Source: Blastocladiella emersonii ATCC 22665
Lineage: Eukaryota; Fungi; Blastocladiomycota
Direction: 5' to 3'
DNA length: 64,000 nt
Assembly (NCBI GenBank): GCA_025594325.1
Contig: JANHCV010000001.1
Location: 4,402,001 to 4,466,000 of the forward strand
Shown here piece by piece: positions 44,201 through 59,145 of the stretch. The translations under genes and the position numbers were made by a program. Positions within the stretch are counted from its first letter, which is position 1, and the number at the start of each line of letters is the position of its first letter. The notes beneath the pieces are model-generated. The model worked only from the letters and a program-made list of their open reading frames with translations. It had not been told where the DNA came from and did no database searches.

Positions 44201-47167
44201 ATTGCGGAGACCGCCAGCGACGAGCTCGTGTACGCCGAGTTTGGCGACGACGATGCCCTCGCCGACGTGTTCGACCAGGGGTCCGAGTCGAGCGACGTGG
44301 ACGCGGGCTTCCTGGACGACGACGACGATGAAGATGGTTCGTCGCGCCGCCGCACACGTAGCAGCCGACGCCGCACCGGCCGCACCGCCACCACCGCCAA
44401 CGCCCGCTCGTCCTCGCGCGGGAACGCGTCGTCGCCCGGCCCCAGCACGCGGTCCACCCGCATCACGCGCAGCAGCAGTGGCGGGATCGCCCAACGGCCA
44501 GCGTCGTCGGGAAACCGCCAGTCGTCGCGGATCCGCCGCCCGTCGCGCCGCCACCGCGAGACGTACGGCGACGACGGCATTGGGACCGGTGGGCTCGAGA
44601 TCGACCCGCTCGAGCTCCTCGACGACGAGCTCGAGGCCAACCAGCGCACCCGCGGCCGCCGGCGCCGACTCCGCCGCGCGCACGACGACGAGGACGACGA
44701 CGAGGTGCCGGCACCTGCACCGCGCCGACCCGGTCTCCGGTCCCGCTCGCCGCCCCCGCGGCCGCCGCCGCTCCCGCGCGCGGGTGCTCGGACGCGCGCG
44801 ACCACGCGGGCGTCGTCAGCCTCGGCGACGATGCCACCGCCCGCGGTGAACGGGCGCCGGACGCGGTCGTCGCGCGCGGTCCCGACCGACGACGACGACG
44901 ACGAGGAGGATGTCGAGGAGGAGACCCCCATCACGTCGCTCGCCACGTCGCCCGAGCCCGAGCCCACGCCCGGCCCGTCCTCGGCGCGCAGCCAGCGCGC
45001 GCGGCGGCGGCGCGCGCTCGAGTCGGACGACGATGACGACGACCACGCGCTGCTCGGCGAGGAGGACGAGATCGCGCCGATCGCCGAGCTCGCCAACAAC
45101 GGGCGCCGGCATTCGGGGTCGCGGGCGCGGCGTGTCGTCATCAATGACGATTCCGACGCTCGCGGCGAGTCGGGCGAGGACGTGCTCATGGCGGCGGGCT
45201 CGTCGTCGTCGGCCCGGCCAACGCGTAGCCGCCGTGCCGCCGCGACCGCGGCCGTCGCGGCTATCTCGGCGCTGCCCCCGATCCCGTCCGAGGTGGCGAA
45301 CGGCGGCCGGAACCGCCGCGGACGCCGGCATAACCCCGACACGGTACCGGTCCCCGAGACGCAGGCGTTCCACGACTACGTCGATAACGAGGAGGAGGGC
45401 AGTGATGCCGCGAGTGAGGAGGAGGCGGTGCCCGTGCCGCCGCCCCGCGCGTCGCGCAACCGCGCGCTGAGCTCGAGTTCCACGACCACCCTTCCGCCCG
45501 CCCCTGCGCCAGCGACGACCGCGCGCGGCCGGACGCGCCGCACCTCGACGCTCCCACCGGCGACGCAGGTCGAGCGGTACCCGGACTGGATGACGGCGAC
45601 CGAGACGGACGAGTTTGCGTACTACCCGCAGGCCGGCGACCGCGTCGTCGTGTTCATGGACGGGTACCGGCGGTTCCTCGACGCCGCCAAGGACGCGTAC
45701 CGGTCGGCCGGCGCCGGCCCTGGCGGCAACAGCCCGTACGCGTCGCAGCGCCTGCACCTGTTTGGCCGCGTCGACCACCTCGTCGCGACCGTGTCCCAGG
45801 TCAACGTCGAGCGCGTCGTCCGCGGCGGCGGGGTTGTCGCGTGGGTCGTCGCCCTGCACGTCGTCCCCGACGGCGAGCCCGGCCCGCCGCGCGTGCTCGT
45901 CATCAAGTACGAGGACCTCGGGATGCCCGACTTTGTCGTGCTCGAGTCGCGGTTCCGCCACGCCGTGGCGATGACGGCCGAGATCCAGATCGCCGACACG
46001 ATCCGCGTGGTCGCCGACAAGGGCGAGCGGTGGGACGGGACCGTGATCGACGTCAAGTCGGACTCGGAGTGGGAGAAGTTCGCCGTGCAGTGGGACGACG
46101 AGGACGAGGACTCGGGCGACGCCAACGGCGCCGTGAGCCCGTGGGAGCTCGACCTCGAGGGTGCCTCGCGCAGCAGCGACGAGTACCTCCCGCCCGCGAT
46201 CCGCGACCGCGCGACCGCTACGCTCATGGCGACGCGCGGGTGGCCGCAGCCCGAGAATATCGGCGCCGTCGTACCCAACGTACCCCGGCCCGCGTCCGTC
46301 ATCTTGTTGCTTGCGCGGCTCCAGGGCAACTTTTACCGCCACCCCGCCGAGCTCGCCGCGGACCTCGGCCGGCTTCTCTCGTCGCCCTACTCGGGCGCCG
46401 CAGACCTTGCGACTGTCGCGACTGTCCGCGAGTTGCAACGCAGCGTCGCCGCGGCGGCGGCCCGCGCGTCGTCGTCGCCCGCCCTCGGAAACGGGAACGG
46501 CAACGCGGTCTCGCCCAGTTTCCGCGTCCGGCTCCGGCTCGACTCGGAGGCCGCCGGCTCCTCGTCGTCAGCGCATCCCGCCCCCGCAACGCACACCGAG
46601 GACGACGTGGTCCACTCGGGCTACGACGACTCGGAGTCGGACCCGCCCGCGCCTGCACCCGCCCCCACCACCACGCGGCGGTCCGCGCGCACCGCGTCGT
46701 CCTCATCGACCGCCGCAGTACCCCCGCCCCTGCCGCCACGCAACGGCCGCCCGCGCCGCGCCGCGTCGCACCTCGTCGCCCCCACGCCAGCCGCCCACGC
46801 GGCCGAGTTTGCCAGCGAGGACGAGCTCGTGTCCGGGTTCACGATCGCGCCGCGCCGGCGCACGTCCCGGCGGTCGCTCGACCTCGACGATGACGAGGAT
46901 TTCGATGACGATGGCGAGGTGATCCCCGCGCCCAAGAAGCGCAAGCGCGCGGCCGCGGCACCTGCGCGGAAGCAGCCGTCGCGGCGCCGGGCGCATGCGT
47001 CGGACGAGGAGGACGACGAGGAAGAGTACGACATTGTCGGCGACGGGCTGGATGAGGACGAGGAGGACGAAGACCCGATCGTCGACGACTCGGACTCCGA
47101 CTCGGACGCGTACAGCGACGGCGAGGGCGCGGCGTCGTCGCGGGCCAAGCGGGCGCGGCGCCGGTGA
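41240..47167 (+). CDS. BRWD/PHIP: BRWD/PHIP-like WD40 + cryptic Tudor + degenerate bromodomain protein; includes a probable 2-nt exon at 41399-41400
   Basis: N-terminal ELLVLAANFL..LLPRTMDYTG; LFGHTFEVLCMAFDRTQRRIITGSNDWSVKVW..LRGH; EQFFTSDF; YYPQAGDRVVVF; VSPWELD; RLQGNFYRH. Confidence 0.85.
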
Positions 47168-47268
47168 TGTGTTCGTTCCCAAGATGATTGAATGGAGTGT
47201 TCCTTTTGTGCACAGCAACAAGCATGTAATCACGCGAAACAAACGATAGGGTAGGGGATGAGGGAGAC

Positions 47269-48812
47269 TTAGATCTTGAGCTTGGTGTTGACCTCCTTGG
47301 CCAGGTCCTTCTTGCCGGCGGCGGGGGCCTTGGCGGCGGCGGGGGCCTTGGTGGGCTTGCCCTTGAGCTCGACCGTGTAGGGGATGAAATCCTCGCCAAC
47401 AAAGGGGCGGAGGGGCGGGGGCACGACGAAGCCGTCGTCCGTCTGCCAGTTCTCGAGGATGCAGCACAGCGTGCGCTCGGCGGCCGTGAGCGTCGAGTTG
47501 AGGCAGTGGACGTACTTCTTCTCGCGCTCGCCCATCTTCTTGATGCCGCAGCGGATCTCGAGGTTGCGCGACTGGTAGTCGGTGCAGTTGGAGCAGGACA
47601 CGAGCTCCTTGAACTCGCCCTGGAACGGGAACCACGCCTCGAGGTCGTACTTCTTGGCGGCGGCGTTGTTGAGGGCGCCCGAGACGATGGAGATGACGCG
47701 GTACGAGAGGCCGAGCGACTGGTAGAACTCCTCGGAGGTGGCGATCATCTCCTCGAGCATCTCCCACGACTTCTCGGGCTCGCACAGCACGAACTGCTCC
47801 ACCTTCTCGAACTGGTGCACGCGGAAGATGCCCCACGTGTCCTTGCCGTGCGACCCGGCCTCCTTGCGGAAGCACGACGAGAAGCCGGCGTACTTGATGG
47901 GCAGGGCCTTCTCCTCGATCCACTCGTTGGCGTGGAACGCCGAGATGGGCTGCTCCGAGGTGGCGATCAGGTACTTTTCGTCGCCCGCGTCGCCCGTGAC
48001 CTTGTACAGCTCCTCGTCGAACTGCGAGAGCTGCGCGGTGCGAGCCATGACGTCCTTGTTCATGAAGTACGGGGTCATGAGCTTCTTGTAGCCCTTCTTC
48101 TTGAGGAAGGCGAGGCCGTACTGGACGAGGGCGAGGATCAGGTCGACGCCGTGGCCGGTGAGGAAGTAGGCGCGGTGGCCGGCGATCTTGACGCCGCGCT
48201 CCGCGTCGTAGCCGTCGAGGCGCTGCAGCACCTCGTGGTGCGACAGGCGCGCGCCCTGCACGGGCTCCTTGCCGTCCTTGAACCAGGTGCGCACCACCTC
48301 GTTGTTGGCCTCGTCGTTGCTGTCGACGACCGACGGGTGCACCAGGTTGCCGAGGAGGTTCAGGGCAGCGTTGAGCTTGTCCTCGGCCTCCTTCTTGGCC
48401 TCGGCCAGCGCCGCCTGCTCGGCCTCGACCTGCGCCTTCTTCTTGAGCAGCTCCGACGCGTCCTTCTTGGCCTTCATGAGCGCGCCGATCTCTGTTCACG
48501 CGCAGGAATGGGTGTGAGCGTGCGTCCGGAAGGTGCGAGTAGCGAGCGGTAGGTACCCTTCTTGACGGCGTTGAGCTCCTTGTTCTTGGCGTCCACGTCG
48601 AACGAGACTAGCAACGCAGAGATCGCGCGTCAGCAACATCCATCACCCTCACCGACGAGGCGCAGCGGAGCAGTACTTTTGACCCACTGCTGGTCGAGCT
48701 CAATGACACGGTCGACGCCCTTGGGGTCGGCGCCGCGCTTGCGCTCCGACTCGCGGACGGCGTCGGGGTTGCCGCCCTTCTCGACGCGGAGCAGGTTGAT
48801 GTCAAGCGTCAT
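47269..48812 (-). CDS. SES1: Cytosolic seryl-tRNA synthetase; 3 exons
   Basis: MTLDINLLR, YLIATSEQPI, CFRKEAGSHGKDTWGIFRVHQFEKVEQF, ELVSCSNCTDYQSR, HCLNST. Confidence 0.97.
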
Positions 48813-49226
48813 GGTTGCTACTTTTGGCGTTTCGTGTGCAAGTCGCGCGATCCGGCGAAGGAGAGAAGGAGAGGCGACTTGGAGCGAGCGACCGGACGGA
48901 GGCAGCGGAAGCAGCAGCGGGGAGGCGCTTGACTCGAGGCGCCGATCACTCGCGTGAGATCACGCCGCGCGGGGCCGATACGCGACGCGCGGGCGTCGCA
49001 CCTCACAGACACCGCGAAATAGTCGGGAATGACTCGCCAGACTATTCTACGCCCTGAAAGAGTGTATAGGCGCGGTGAGTCGGCGTCGAGTCGATCCTGG
49101 CGACGGGCCACGGGACCGAGTGTGATCAAAACCGCCGCCACGCGCCGACCGCGTCGCGTCGCGCCTCTCACCTCGAGCGTGTACTCTCTTGCTCGCACCG
49201 CAACCCACAGCACCTACCCACTTGCA

Positions 49227-51371
49227 ATGAAGTACAAACTGCGATCGTCGCCGCCGTCCGAGTCGACGCCATCGAGCTCGCCGGGCCCGGCCGCGCCGCC
49301 GGCCGAGAGGTGAGCAAAAAACCCCATGCGACCAAATCTCGCCGTCCTCACACTCCCCCCTCAAAACCCTAGCCCGAACCTGCTCGAGTACACGACGGTG
49401 CCGCTCAACGAGGCCAAGACGACGGCCAGCGACGGCGACGTGACGCTGGTCGGGTTCCAGCACGGCCAGACCTTTTGCTTCCAGGGCTACTGCCTCGTCG
49501 GCGCCGTCCAGGGCGCCTTCTCCGTGTACAACTTTCTCGCGGTGGCTCCACCACGGGAACCCGTCACGGACGGCGTGGTCCCGCCCGTCGCGGTCCTGCA
49601 CCCGTGCTTTGCGCCGTCGACACACTCGCTGCCCGTGCTCCGCGCCGTTGAGTGCCCCGCATCCACGCAGCCCGCGCCCGTCGCCGACTCGCAGCGCGCC
49701 GTCGCTGTCCCGCCGACCTCGCCGCTTGGGAAGCGGATCGCGCGGCTGCTCGCGAAGCTGCAGGCCAAGAACGAGTTTGACGCGGTCCTCGCGCTCGTCG
49801 ACTTCTCGTGGGCGCAGCTGCACGCGGTGCACGGCGTGACGCCCGAGTTTGTCATCTTCGACCCGCGCGACCGCGAGAACGCCGGGCTCGCCGCGAAACA
49901 CCCGCGGGTGCCCGTCCCGCACGTCACGCCCGTGGTCGGGCCCGTCGCGCACACGTCGACGCTCGCGACGCCCGAGTCGTGGCAGGCGGCGCTGCACACG
50001 GTGCTCGCGGACGCGGCCGTGTACGCGGGCCTGACGGAGCTCGAGTCGCTCGCCGTGTACCCGACCGTCGTCGCAACGGGCGCCAAGTCGTACGGCAAGT
50101 CGACGTTCAACCGCATGGCCGTGAACGTGCTGCTGTCGACGTTCCCCGAAGTCGCGTTTCTCGACCTCGACGTCGGGCAGGCCGAGTTCACGGCGCCCGG
50201 CGTGCTCGCGCTGACGGTGGTCGACCACCCGGTGCTCGGGCCCGGGTACTGGTCGCGCCCGCACTCGGGGCGCACCAACCACGTCGCCGCGCACTTTTAC
50301 GGCGCGGCCAGCCCGCAGTCGGACCCGGACCTGTACTGGGAGCAGGCGGCGCACCTGATCGGCGCGTACCGCGCGTACGCCGACAGCGTGTGGGCGCGCG
50401 AGCGGCGCGTCGTCCCGCTCGTCGTCAACACCATGGGCTGGGTCCGCGGGCTCGGGTACATGCTCCTCGAGGCCACGGTGCGCGCCGTGGTCCCGACGCA
50501 CGTGGTGGTCCTCGAGCACGCGGCGTCGGACCGCGACGCGGTGCCTGTTGACGAGCTGCTGCGGCCGTGGACCGAGACCGAGGGCGCCGAGGAGGAAGGC
50601 GGTGAGGAGAGCGCCGCGCAAGGACAAGTATTCGTGCCGCGCGTGATCAAGGCGACGGCGCTGCGCGGGATGCTGCCGAACGCGCCGAAACTCAACCCGG
50701 CGGACCTGCGCACGCTCGCGCTCGCAGCGCACCTGCTGAGCCGGCCGGGCGCGTCGCTCGCCCGCGTCCTCGCCGGCAACGACGCTGGCGGAAAAGACCC
50801 GGCGTGGCTCAACGCGGCGCCGCTCACCTCCCCCACCTACCCGACGCTCCGGGCGCCGCTGCACCGCGTGCACGCGGCGTTCCCACACGCAGACATCCCG
50901 CGGGCCGAGCTGCTGCGCGCGCTCAACTCGATGCTCGTCGCGCTCGTCGGGTGCACGGCCGACCCGCGCGCCTCCGTCACCGCCTCGATCCGCGCGCGGT
51001 GCGGGCGCACGGGGGCGCCTACGCAGTCGCGCCGCGCGCCGACGGCCGCGACGTCGCAGTACCTCGGGATGGCCGTCGTGCGCGGGATCAGCGGCGCGCC
51101 GGCGCACGACCCGAGCCGGCGCGTCCTGTTCCTCGCATCCCCCGTGCCGCTCGCGGACGTCGGCGTGTACCGCGACACGGCGCTCGTCCGCGGCGAGCTC
51201 GAGCTGCCCAACTGGATCGCGGCGTACGGGCTCCCGCCCGCGACGATGGGCGCCAGCGTCGTCGCGCCGTACCTCTCGGCCGCTATGGGCGAGGGGACGG
51301 GCAGTGTCGCGCAGCGCACGTGGCGCGGGGTCCCGCGGCAGGGGCACGCGCGTGGTGGTGGAGGCAAGTAG
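49227..51371 (+). CDS. GRC3/NOL9: Polynucleotide 5'-hydroxyl kinase (Clp1-like P-loop); 2 exons
   Basis: P-loop GAKSYGKST, FLDLDVGQAEFT.PG, VVNTMGWVRGLG, LNSMLVAL, GMAVVRGI, LVRGELELP. Confidence 0.9.
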
Positions 51372-51389
51372 ATGATGATGATGATGATG
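51370..51389. repeat. (GAT)6 microsatellite immediately after the GRC3 stop
   Basis: Visible directly in the sequence. Confidence 0.85.
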
Positions 51390-51916
51390 GCGAGCAGGAT
51401 GATACATAAACCCTTTTTTTGAGATGATGGTGGAGGCACGCGCGACGAGGTGGAGAGGACGCGAAGCACGGCCCACGTGAGCCGTTTGAGACGCGCTCGA
51501 TTTGCTCTTCGCCTCGCCGCCGCTGCCGTCCTGATTCCCTCGGCAAACGCAAACTGGGGACGTCCGAGAGAACCTCGAGAGCGTTACCGTGGCCATGATC
51601 CAGCTCTGCACCTTGAATTCTTCGGCGCGTCAACGGGGCCGCGCAGGACAAGGGGAGGATGAAGAACGGCCACGAGGGGTAGCGGTTGCCGGCGGGCGGG
51701 CAGCCCGGCCAACTGCGTGCAATAGTATCACAGGGAAGAAAGCCGTACAAAGCGCAAACTAGAAGGGAGGCAAGATGAGAGAACGGTAATAAGTATTGAG
51801 GTGCGCGGGCCCGCGAGCGAGCGAGTCCACGCTCGATGCTCTCCCGCCCGCCGTCGCCCCGCCGCGCCCTCGTCCTCCCTCCCCGCCCAACCGTAACGCG
51901 CTCTCGCTCTCCCCGC

Positions 51917-52080
51917 CAGCGACCGTCCGCGCGCGCGCCGTCGTCGCTCTCAACCCCGCTCGAGTGCACTCGCGCACCCGCATCATATCACCGCATCACG
52001 CGGCACTCCCTGCAGTCCCCGCAGCGACCGTCCGCGCGCGCGCCGTCGTCGCTCGCATCCCCGCTCGAGTGCACTCGCGC
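51917..52080 (+). repeat. Two 59-bp direct repeats (51917-51975 and 52022-52080; 2 mismatches) upstream of INO80
   Basis: CAGCGACCGTCCGCGCGCGCGCCGTCGTCGCTC..CCCCGCTCGAGTGCACTCGCGC; each copy contains the 12-bp palindrome CGAGTGCACTCG. Confidence 0.92.
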
Positions 52081-52205
52081 TCGCACCGCCCCGCTCCAGC
52101 TGCTGCGTGTGCGAGGCGCTCTCACTCCACCCATCGCCATCGCCATCGCCATCGCCGCGATCGCGGGTCTGCCACGGCTGGCCTGATCTCCCACACTCTC
52201 GCGCA

Positions 52206-55200
52206 ATGGTAACAACCCCGCTCCCCTCCCGAGTTTACCGCCGACTCACACACTCCCCCTTACTCGTAGGCCGCCCCGTACGACCCCAACACGCACTCGT
52301 ACGTGACGGGCTCGGCCGCGCGCGACCGCCACCCGGCGACTGGCGCCGCTGCCGCGCTCGCCGGCGAGCTGGCCACGCCCTTCACGCTGCACCCGCCCGG
52401 TTCCGCCTCGGCGTCGGCGTCGGCGTCGGTGTCGGCCGGCCACTCGTCGCCCGCCGTGTCCGTCGGGTCCTTCACCTCGGCCACCACGGCGCTGCTCGCC
52501 ACCCGCGCCAGCAACGCGTCGCCCGTCCCGCCGCTCAACAGCACCCACCCCGTCGCTGCCCCGCCCGCTCGCGGCCTCTTTGCGACCACCGAGTTCTCGC
52601 TGCCCGGTCCTTCGACGGCGGGTGCGCCGAACGGCAACCATGCGCCGGCGCCGCGTAAACGGAAACGCGCGGGCAGCCCGCAACCGTCGTCGCTCGGGTC
52701 CGCGTCCGGCGCGCTGCTGTCGGCCGCCGCCTCGCCCTACTTCAACGCCAACGGCGAGTACACGTACCCGCCCGCGACCCTCGCTGCCGCCGCCGCTGCT
52801 GCTGCCAACGCCGCCGCATCCTCAACCGATCCACCCTCCCCACCCCCACCCGTCTCCGCGACCACCGCGCGCGCAATCCAGCCCGCCATCGACGCGTACG
52901 CGGCGCAGCTGCACGCGCGCGCCGACCACGTGGCGCGCGTCTACCGCGAGTGTTCCGACGCCGCCAACCTGCCGCGCAAGCTGACCGTCGAGCACCACGC
53001 CAAGACGCGCGTCGCTGCGAAACGCGCCAAGCTCGTCGCCCTCCGCGATACCGCCATGGAGCGCGCCGTCGCCGAGCGCAAACGGCTCGCGCACAACGAG
53101 GCGCGCCGTGCCGCGCGCGCGGCTAAGGCGGCGGCGGCGGCGGCGGCGGCGGAGGCCGCGGAAAAGCTCCGTGCCGAGGCCGCGTCTGCGCGTGCTGCTG
53201 CGGCGGCGGCCGCCCGGCTCGCTGGCGTTGGCGGGTCCGCGTCGAGCTCGAGCGCCGCGTCGCCGATCACCGCGGCCTCGCTGCTCCTAGGCGGGGTATC
53301 GACCCCGCGCGCCGCGTCCGGGCTCGCCAACGGCGCTGTCCCGCTCGGCGGCACCCCGGCCTCCGCGTCCCCGCCCGGCGGGACCGGCGAGGAGCCCACG
53401 ATCCCGCTCGACTCGCAGTCCGCCGCGCTCCTGCGCCGGTCTACGCGCACCGGTGGGCGCGCCGCCGCGGTTGCGGCGAGCTACGCGATCGCGGCCGTCG
53501 CGTCGCAGGAGGTCCGTGGGTCGCGCCGCGGCGGCGCCGACGTCGCGGACGAGGACGACGACGACGAGGACATGTTGGGCGTCGACTCGGACGACGGGCC
53601 CGTCGGCTTGCGCCGCGGGAAGCGTGCCGCGACCGACGACGATTTCGGTGACGGGCTCGGCGGGGCGTTCGACGACGACCGCGCGAGCGGTGCCGCGGCC
53701 TCGAGCTCGACCGCACCCGCGTCCTCGTCAGGCACCCGCGGCGGCCGCCGCCTCGGCGCACGCGCGTCGGCCGTGGGCCCCGAGTACGACGCGATGCGGC
53801 AGCGCGTGTGGCGCAACATTGCGCTGACGCAGATCCCCAAGGTGACGCGGTCGGTGCAGTCGAACGCGACGATCCGCCTCAACAACCTCAAGCGCCTCGG
53901 CAAGCTGCTGGAGCGCGAGTCCCTCGCCCTGCGCCGCCCCGCGCCCCGCGATATCCCGGCCACCCGCGCGAAGACGGTCATGCGCCAGACCCTGCTGTTC
54001 TGGAAGCAGAACGAGCGCGTCGAAAAGGAGGCCCAGAAGCGTGTCCAGGCCGAGGCCCTCGAGCGCCAGCGCCAGGCCGAGCTGCTCCGCGAACAGGCGC
54101 GCCAGGAGCGGAAGCTCAACTTCCTCCTGTCCCAGACCGAGCTGTTCACGCACTTTGTGTCCAAGAAGATGAAGGCGGGCGCCGACGGCGACACGGCGGG
54201 CGCGGCCACGGGCGAGTCGGGGACCGAGGCCGGCAGCAGTTTTAGCGACGCGGCCACCGCTCCCTCGAGCGACGCGCCCGCCGCCGAGCCCATGGTCAAG
54301 CCCGTCGAGGAGATCAACTTCGACGACGACGCCGAGTGCGAGGCGCAGGCGCGGGCGTACGCGCAGGACCTGGTGAGCCGGCACGGCACCAACAAGGACT
54401 CGTTCACGCTCAACGTGGTGCAGCCCAAGATGCTCGCGTGCGAGCTCAAGGAGTACCAGCTCAAGGGGCTCGAGTGGCTCATCTCGCTGTACGAGCAGGG
54501 CATCAACGGGATCCTGGCCGACGAGATGGGGCTCGGCAAGACGGTCCAGTCGATTGCCCTCCTCGCGTGGCTCGCCGAGAACCATAACATGTGGGGACCC
54601 TACCTCGTCGTCACACCCGCCTCGACGCTGCACAACTGGCAGCAGGAGCTCGTCAAGTTCGTGCCCGGGTTCAAGGTGATCCCGTACTGGGGCAACCAGA
54701 ACGACCGCGCGGTGCTGCGCCAGTTCTGGGCCAAGAAGAACCAGGTGTACGACCGCGACTCGCCCGCGCACGTCGTGGTGACGTCGTACCAGTACGCGAC
54801 CACGGACCTCAAGTACCTCCTGTCGGTCGAGTGGGAGTACATGATCCTCGACGAGGCGCAGGCCATCAAGTCGTCCGAGTCGATGCGGTGGAACTCGCTG
54901 CTGCAGGTCCGGTCGCGCAACCGGCTCCTGCTCACGGGCACGCCCGTGCAGAACTCGATGAAGGAGCTGTGGTCGCTCCTGCACTTCATCATGCCCACGC
55001 TCTTCGACTCGCACGCCGAGTTCAACGACTGGTTCTCCCGCGACATCGAGTCGGCCGCCGTCAACAAGCGCAAGATGAACGCCGAGCAGGTCAAGCGCCT
55101 CCACATGATCCTCCAGCCCTTCATGCTCCGCCGCGTGAAACGCGACGTGCAGTCCGAGCTCGGCGAGAAGATCGAGGTCAACGTCTCGTGCGGCATGTCC

Positions 55201-57584
55201 AAGAAGCAGCTCCTGCTCTACCGCATGATCAAGCAGAAACTCTCGATCCGCGACATCCTCGAGTCCGTCCGCAACAGCGGCACCGCCCGCGCCCGCGCGA
55301 GTCTCCGCGCGTCCAACGCCAACGGGAACGGCGGGGCCGCCGCCTCAGCGGGTGGCTCCTCGGCGACGGCGCGCCGTGCCCGCGGCGCTGCTGCGCCAGG
55401 CGACCCGTCGGCAACCGGTGACGACGCGCTCGCCGACGACCAGCGCGCCATCGACGACGACGACGAGGACCCCGAGGCCGACTCGCTCATGAACGTGGTC
55501 ATGCAGCTGCGCAAGGTGTGCAACCACCCGGAACTTCTCGAGCGCGCCGAGACCGTGTCGCCGCTCGTCGTCGCCCCGCCCACGGGCACCAAGGTCGGCG
55601 CCTGGGTCCCGTCCATGGACGACTACCACGTCACGATCCGCGGTCGCAATGCGCTCGCTACGCTGTTCCCGCGCCGCGTCGCCGGGCTCGTGCGAGACGT
55701 CGGGTTCATGCACGTCGAGGCCGCGGGTGGGGCGGCTGGTACGCTCCGCGTCAGCGCCGCCAGCGTCGTCCCCGCGCCCGCGCTGCTCACCGGGTACACG
55801 GCGCCGCAGATCGAGGCCGTCCGGTGGCGGCTCAACGCGTTGCAGCGGTGCCGCCTGCACGCCGAAATCGCCGCAGCGTTCCCGTACCTCCCCGCGTGGA
55901 CGTGGTCCGAGGCCGGGTTTGCGGCTGGAGACGACCCGACGACGCGCCGGATCCGCCGCGAATCGCGGCGCGAGTTCCTCGATGTCGACCCGCACTGGTA
56001 CCCGGCGTCGCTGCAGATCGTGCAGCCGCGGGCGGTCGCGCCGCCGCCGCTCGACGTCGCGTACGTGCGCGGCGCGCCCGGGTCCGCCGTCACGTCCGCG
56101 TACCACCCGCTGTTCTGGACGTCGCCCGCGGACGTCGCGGTGCCCGTGATTTCGACGGCCGACGGCGCCCATGTCCTGCCGGACGTGCCCGAGACGAGCG
56201 AGCTGGTGCGGCTGTTCCCGAGCGTTGGGCGGCTGCCGCACCCGATCCGCGTCCCCGACATGCGCGCCCTGATCAGCGCGTCGGGCAAACTGCAGGCGCT
56301 CGAGACGCTGCTGCCCAAGCTCAAGGCCGGCGGGCACCGGTGCCTCCTGTACTTCCAGATGACCAAGATGATGGACCTCGTCGAGGACTACCTCACGTAC
56401 CGCAAGCACTCGTACCTGCGGCTCGACGGGTCCACGACGCTCGGCCAGCGGCGCGACCTCGTCTCCGACTGGCAGACCCGCGACGACCTGTTCATCTTCC
56501 TCCTCAGTACGCGCGCGGGTGGCGTCGGGATCAACCTCACGGCGGCCGACACGGTCATTTTCGTCGAGAACGACTGGAACCCGACGGTACGTTTTCTCCT
56601 CGGCGCGCGCTTGCTTCGTGTCGTTGACTCTTGCGCTCCCCGTTCACGTAGTCGGACAAGCAGGCCATGGACCGCGCGCACCGGCTCGGCCAGACGCGCC
56701 AGGTGTCCGTGTACCGCCTGTTCACGCGGCACACGATCGAGGAGCGGATCCTGGAGCGCGCGCGCACCAAGGACGAGATCCAGCGCGTGGTCATCTCGGG
56801 CACGCCCGGCGCCAACGACGACGGTGGCGACGGCTCCGAGGCCGCCAACGCCGCGCTCGCCGCGCCCTCGGCGAAGGAGATGATGTCGCTCCTGTTCGGC
56901 GATGAGGACGACGCCGAGATGCGCGCCCTGCTCGAGTCCGAGATGATGCGCGGGTCCGGCGTCGGCGCTACGGGGATGGCGACCTCGGCCACCAGTATCG
57001 CCGCCTACTCGGGCGCCGCGCCTAAGCGACGTGGGCGGCCCAAGATCAACAACCCCGCCGCTGCGCCCGCTGCGGATAGCGGCGTCGAGGACGCGGCGTC
57101 GTCGGCGAGTGGGACGGCAACGGCAGCGGCTACGGCGGCGGCGCCCGCGCGCAAGAAGCGCGTGGTGCGCAAGTCCGAGGACGGGACCGACGCGGCTCCC
57201 GCGGCCCCGCGCGGACGCAAGAAGGCGGCCGCGGCGACGACCGACGCGACCGCGGATCCAGCTGACCCCACGGCGGCCGCGGCGGCTCCGCCTGCGCCCA
57301 AGAAACGCGTCCGCAAGCAGGCCACGGCCGAGGACGGCTCCGCGGCGCCGCCCGTCAAGCGCTCGCGCGTCACCAAGAAGGCTGCGGCCGCGGCTGCTGC
57401 TGCTGCTGCCGCAGCGGCGGCCACGGCGGACGTGTCTGGACCAGCAACAGACGCGGCGACGGGCATCGCGCCGGCGGCCGCGGTCGAGACGGACGTGAGC
57501 GGCGGTGGCGACGGTGGCCAGGTGTTCATGGCGGCGCCGGCGTCGGCCGCGGACGAGGAAGGAGACGAGGAGATTGAGATTTGA
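52206..57584 (+). CDS. INO80: INO80 chromatin-remodelling ATPase; exon 1 is the ATG only; introns 52209-52269 and 56587-56650
   Basis: DBINO domain ([29 protein letters not shown]), [33 protein letters not shown], split helicase with insert, [37 protein letters not shown]. Confidence 0.96.
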
Positions 57585-57662
57585 TACGGCCTGTGTATAT
57601 GACAATATTTTCCCGCTTCAAGTCGAAAAGGCCACGGTGATGGGTCAGCCCGCGCCGCGTGA

Positions 57663-59145
<1,483 letters not shown>

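Noticed and set aside
47269-48812. SerRS in the same window as a gene with an in-frame TGA, suggesting a selenocysteine module
   Set aside because: SerRS is ordinary housekeeping, lies 34 kb away, and eukaryotic Sec machinery is not clustered. No tRNA-Sec, SPS or canonical SECIS is visible.
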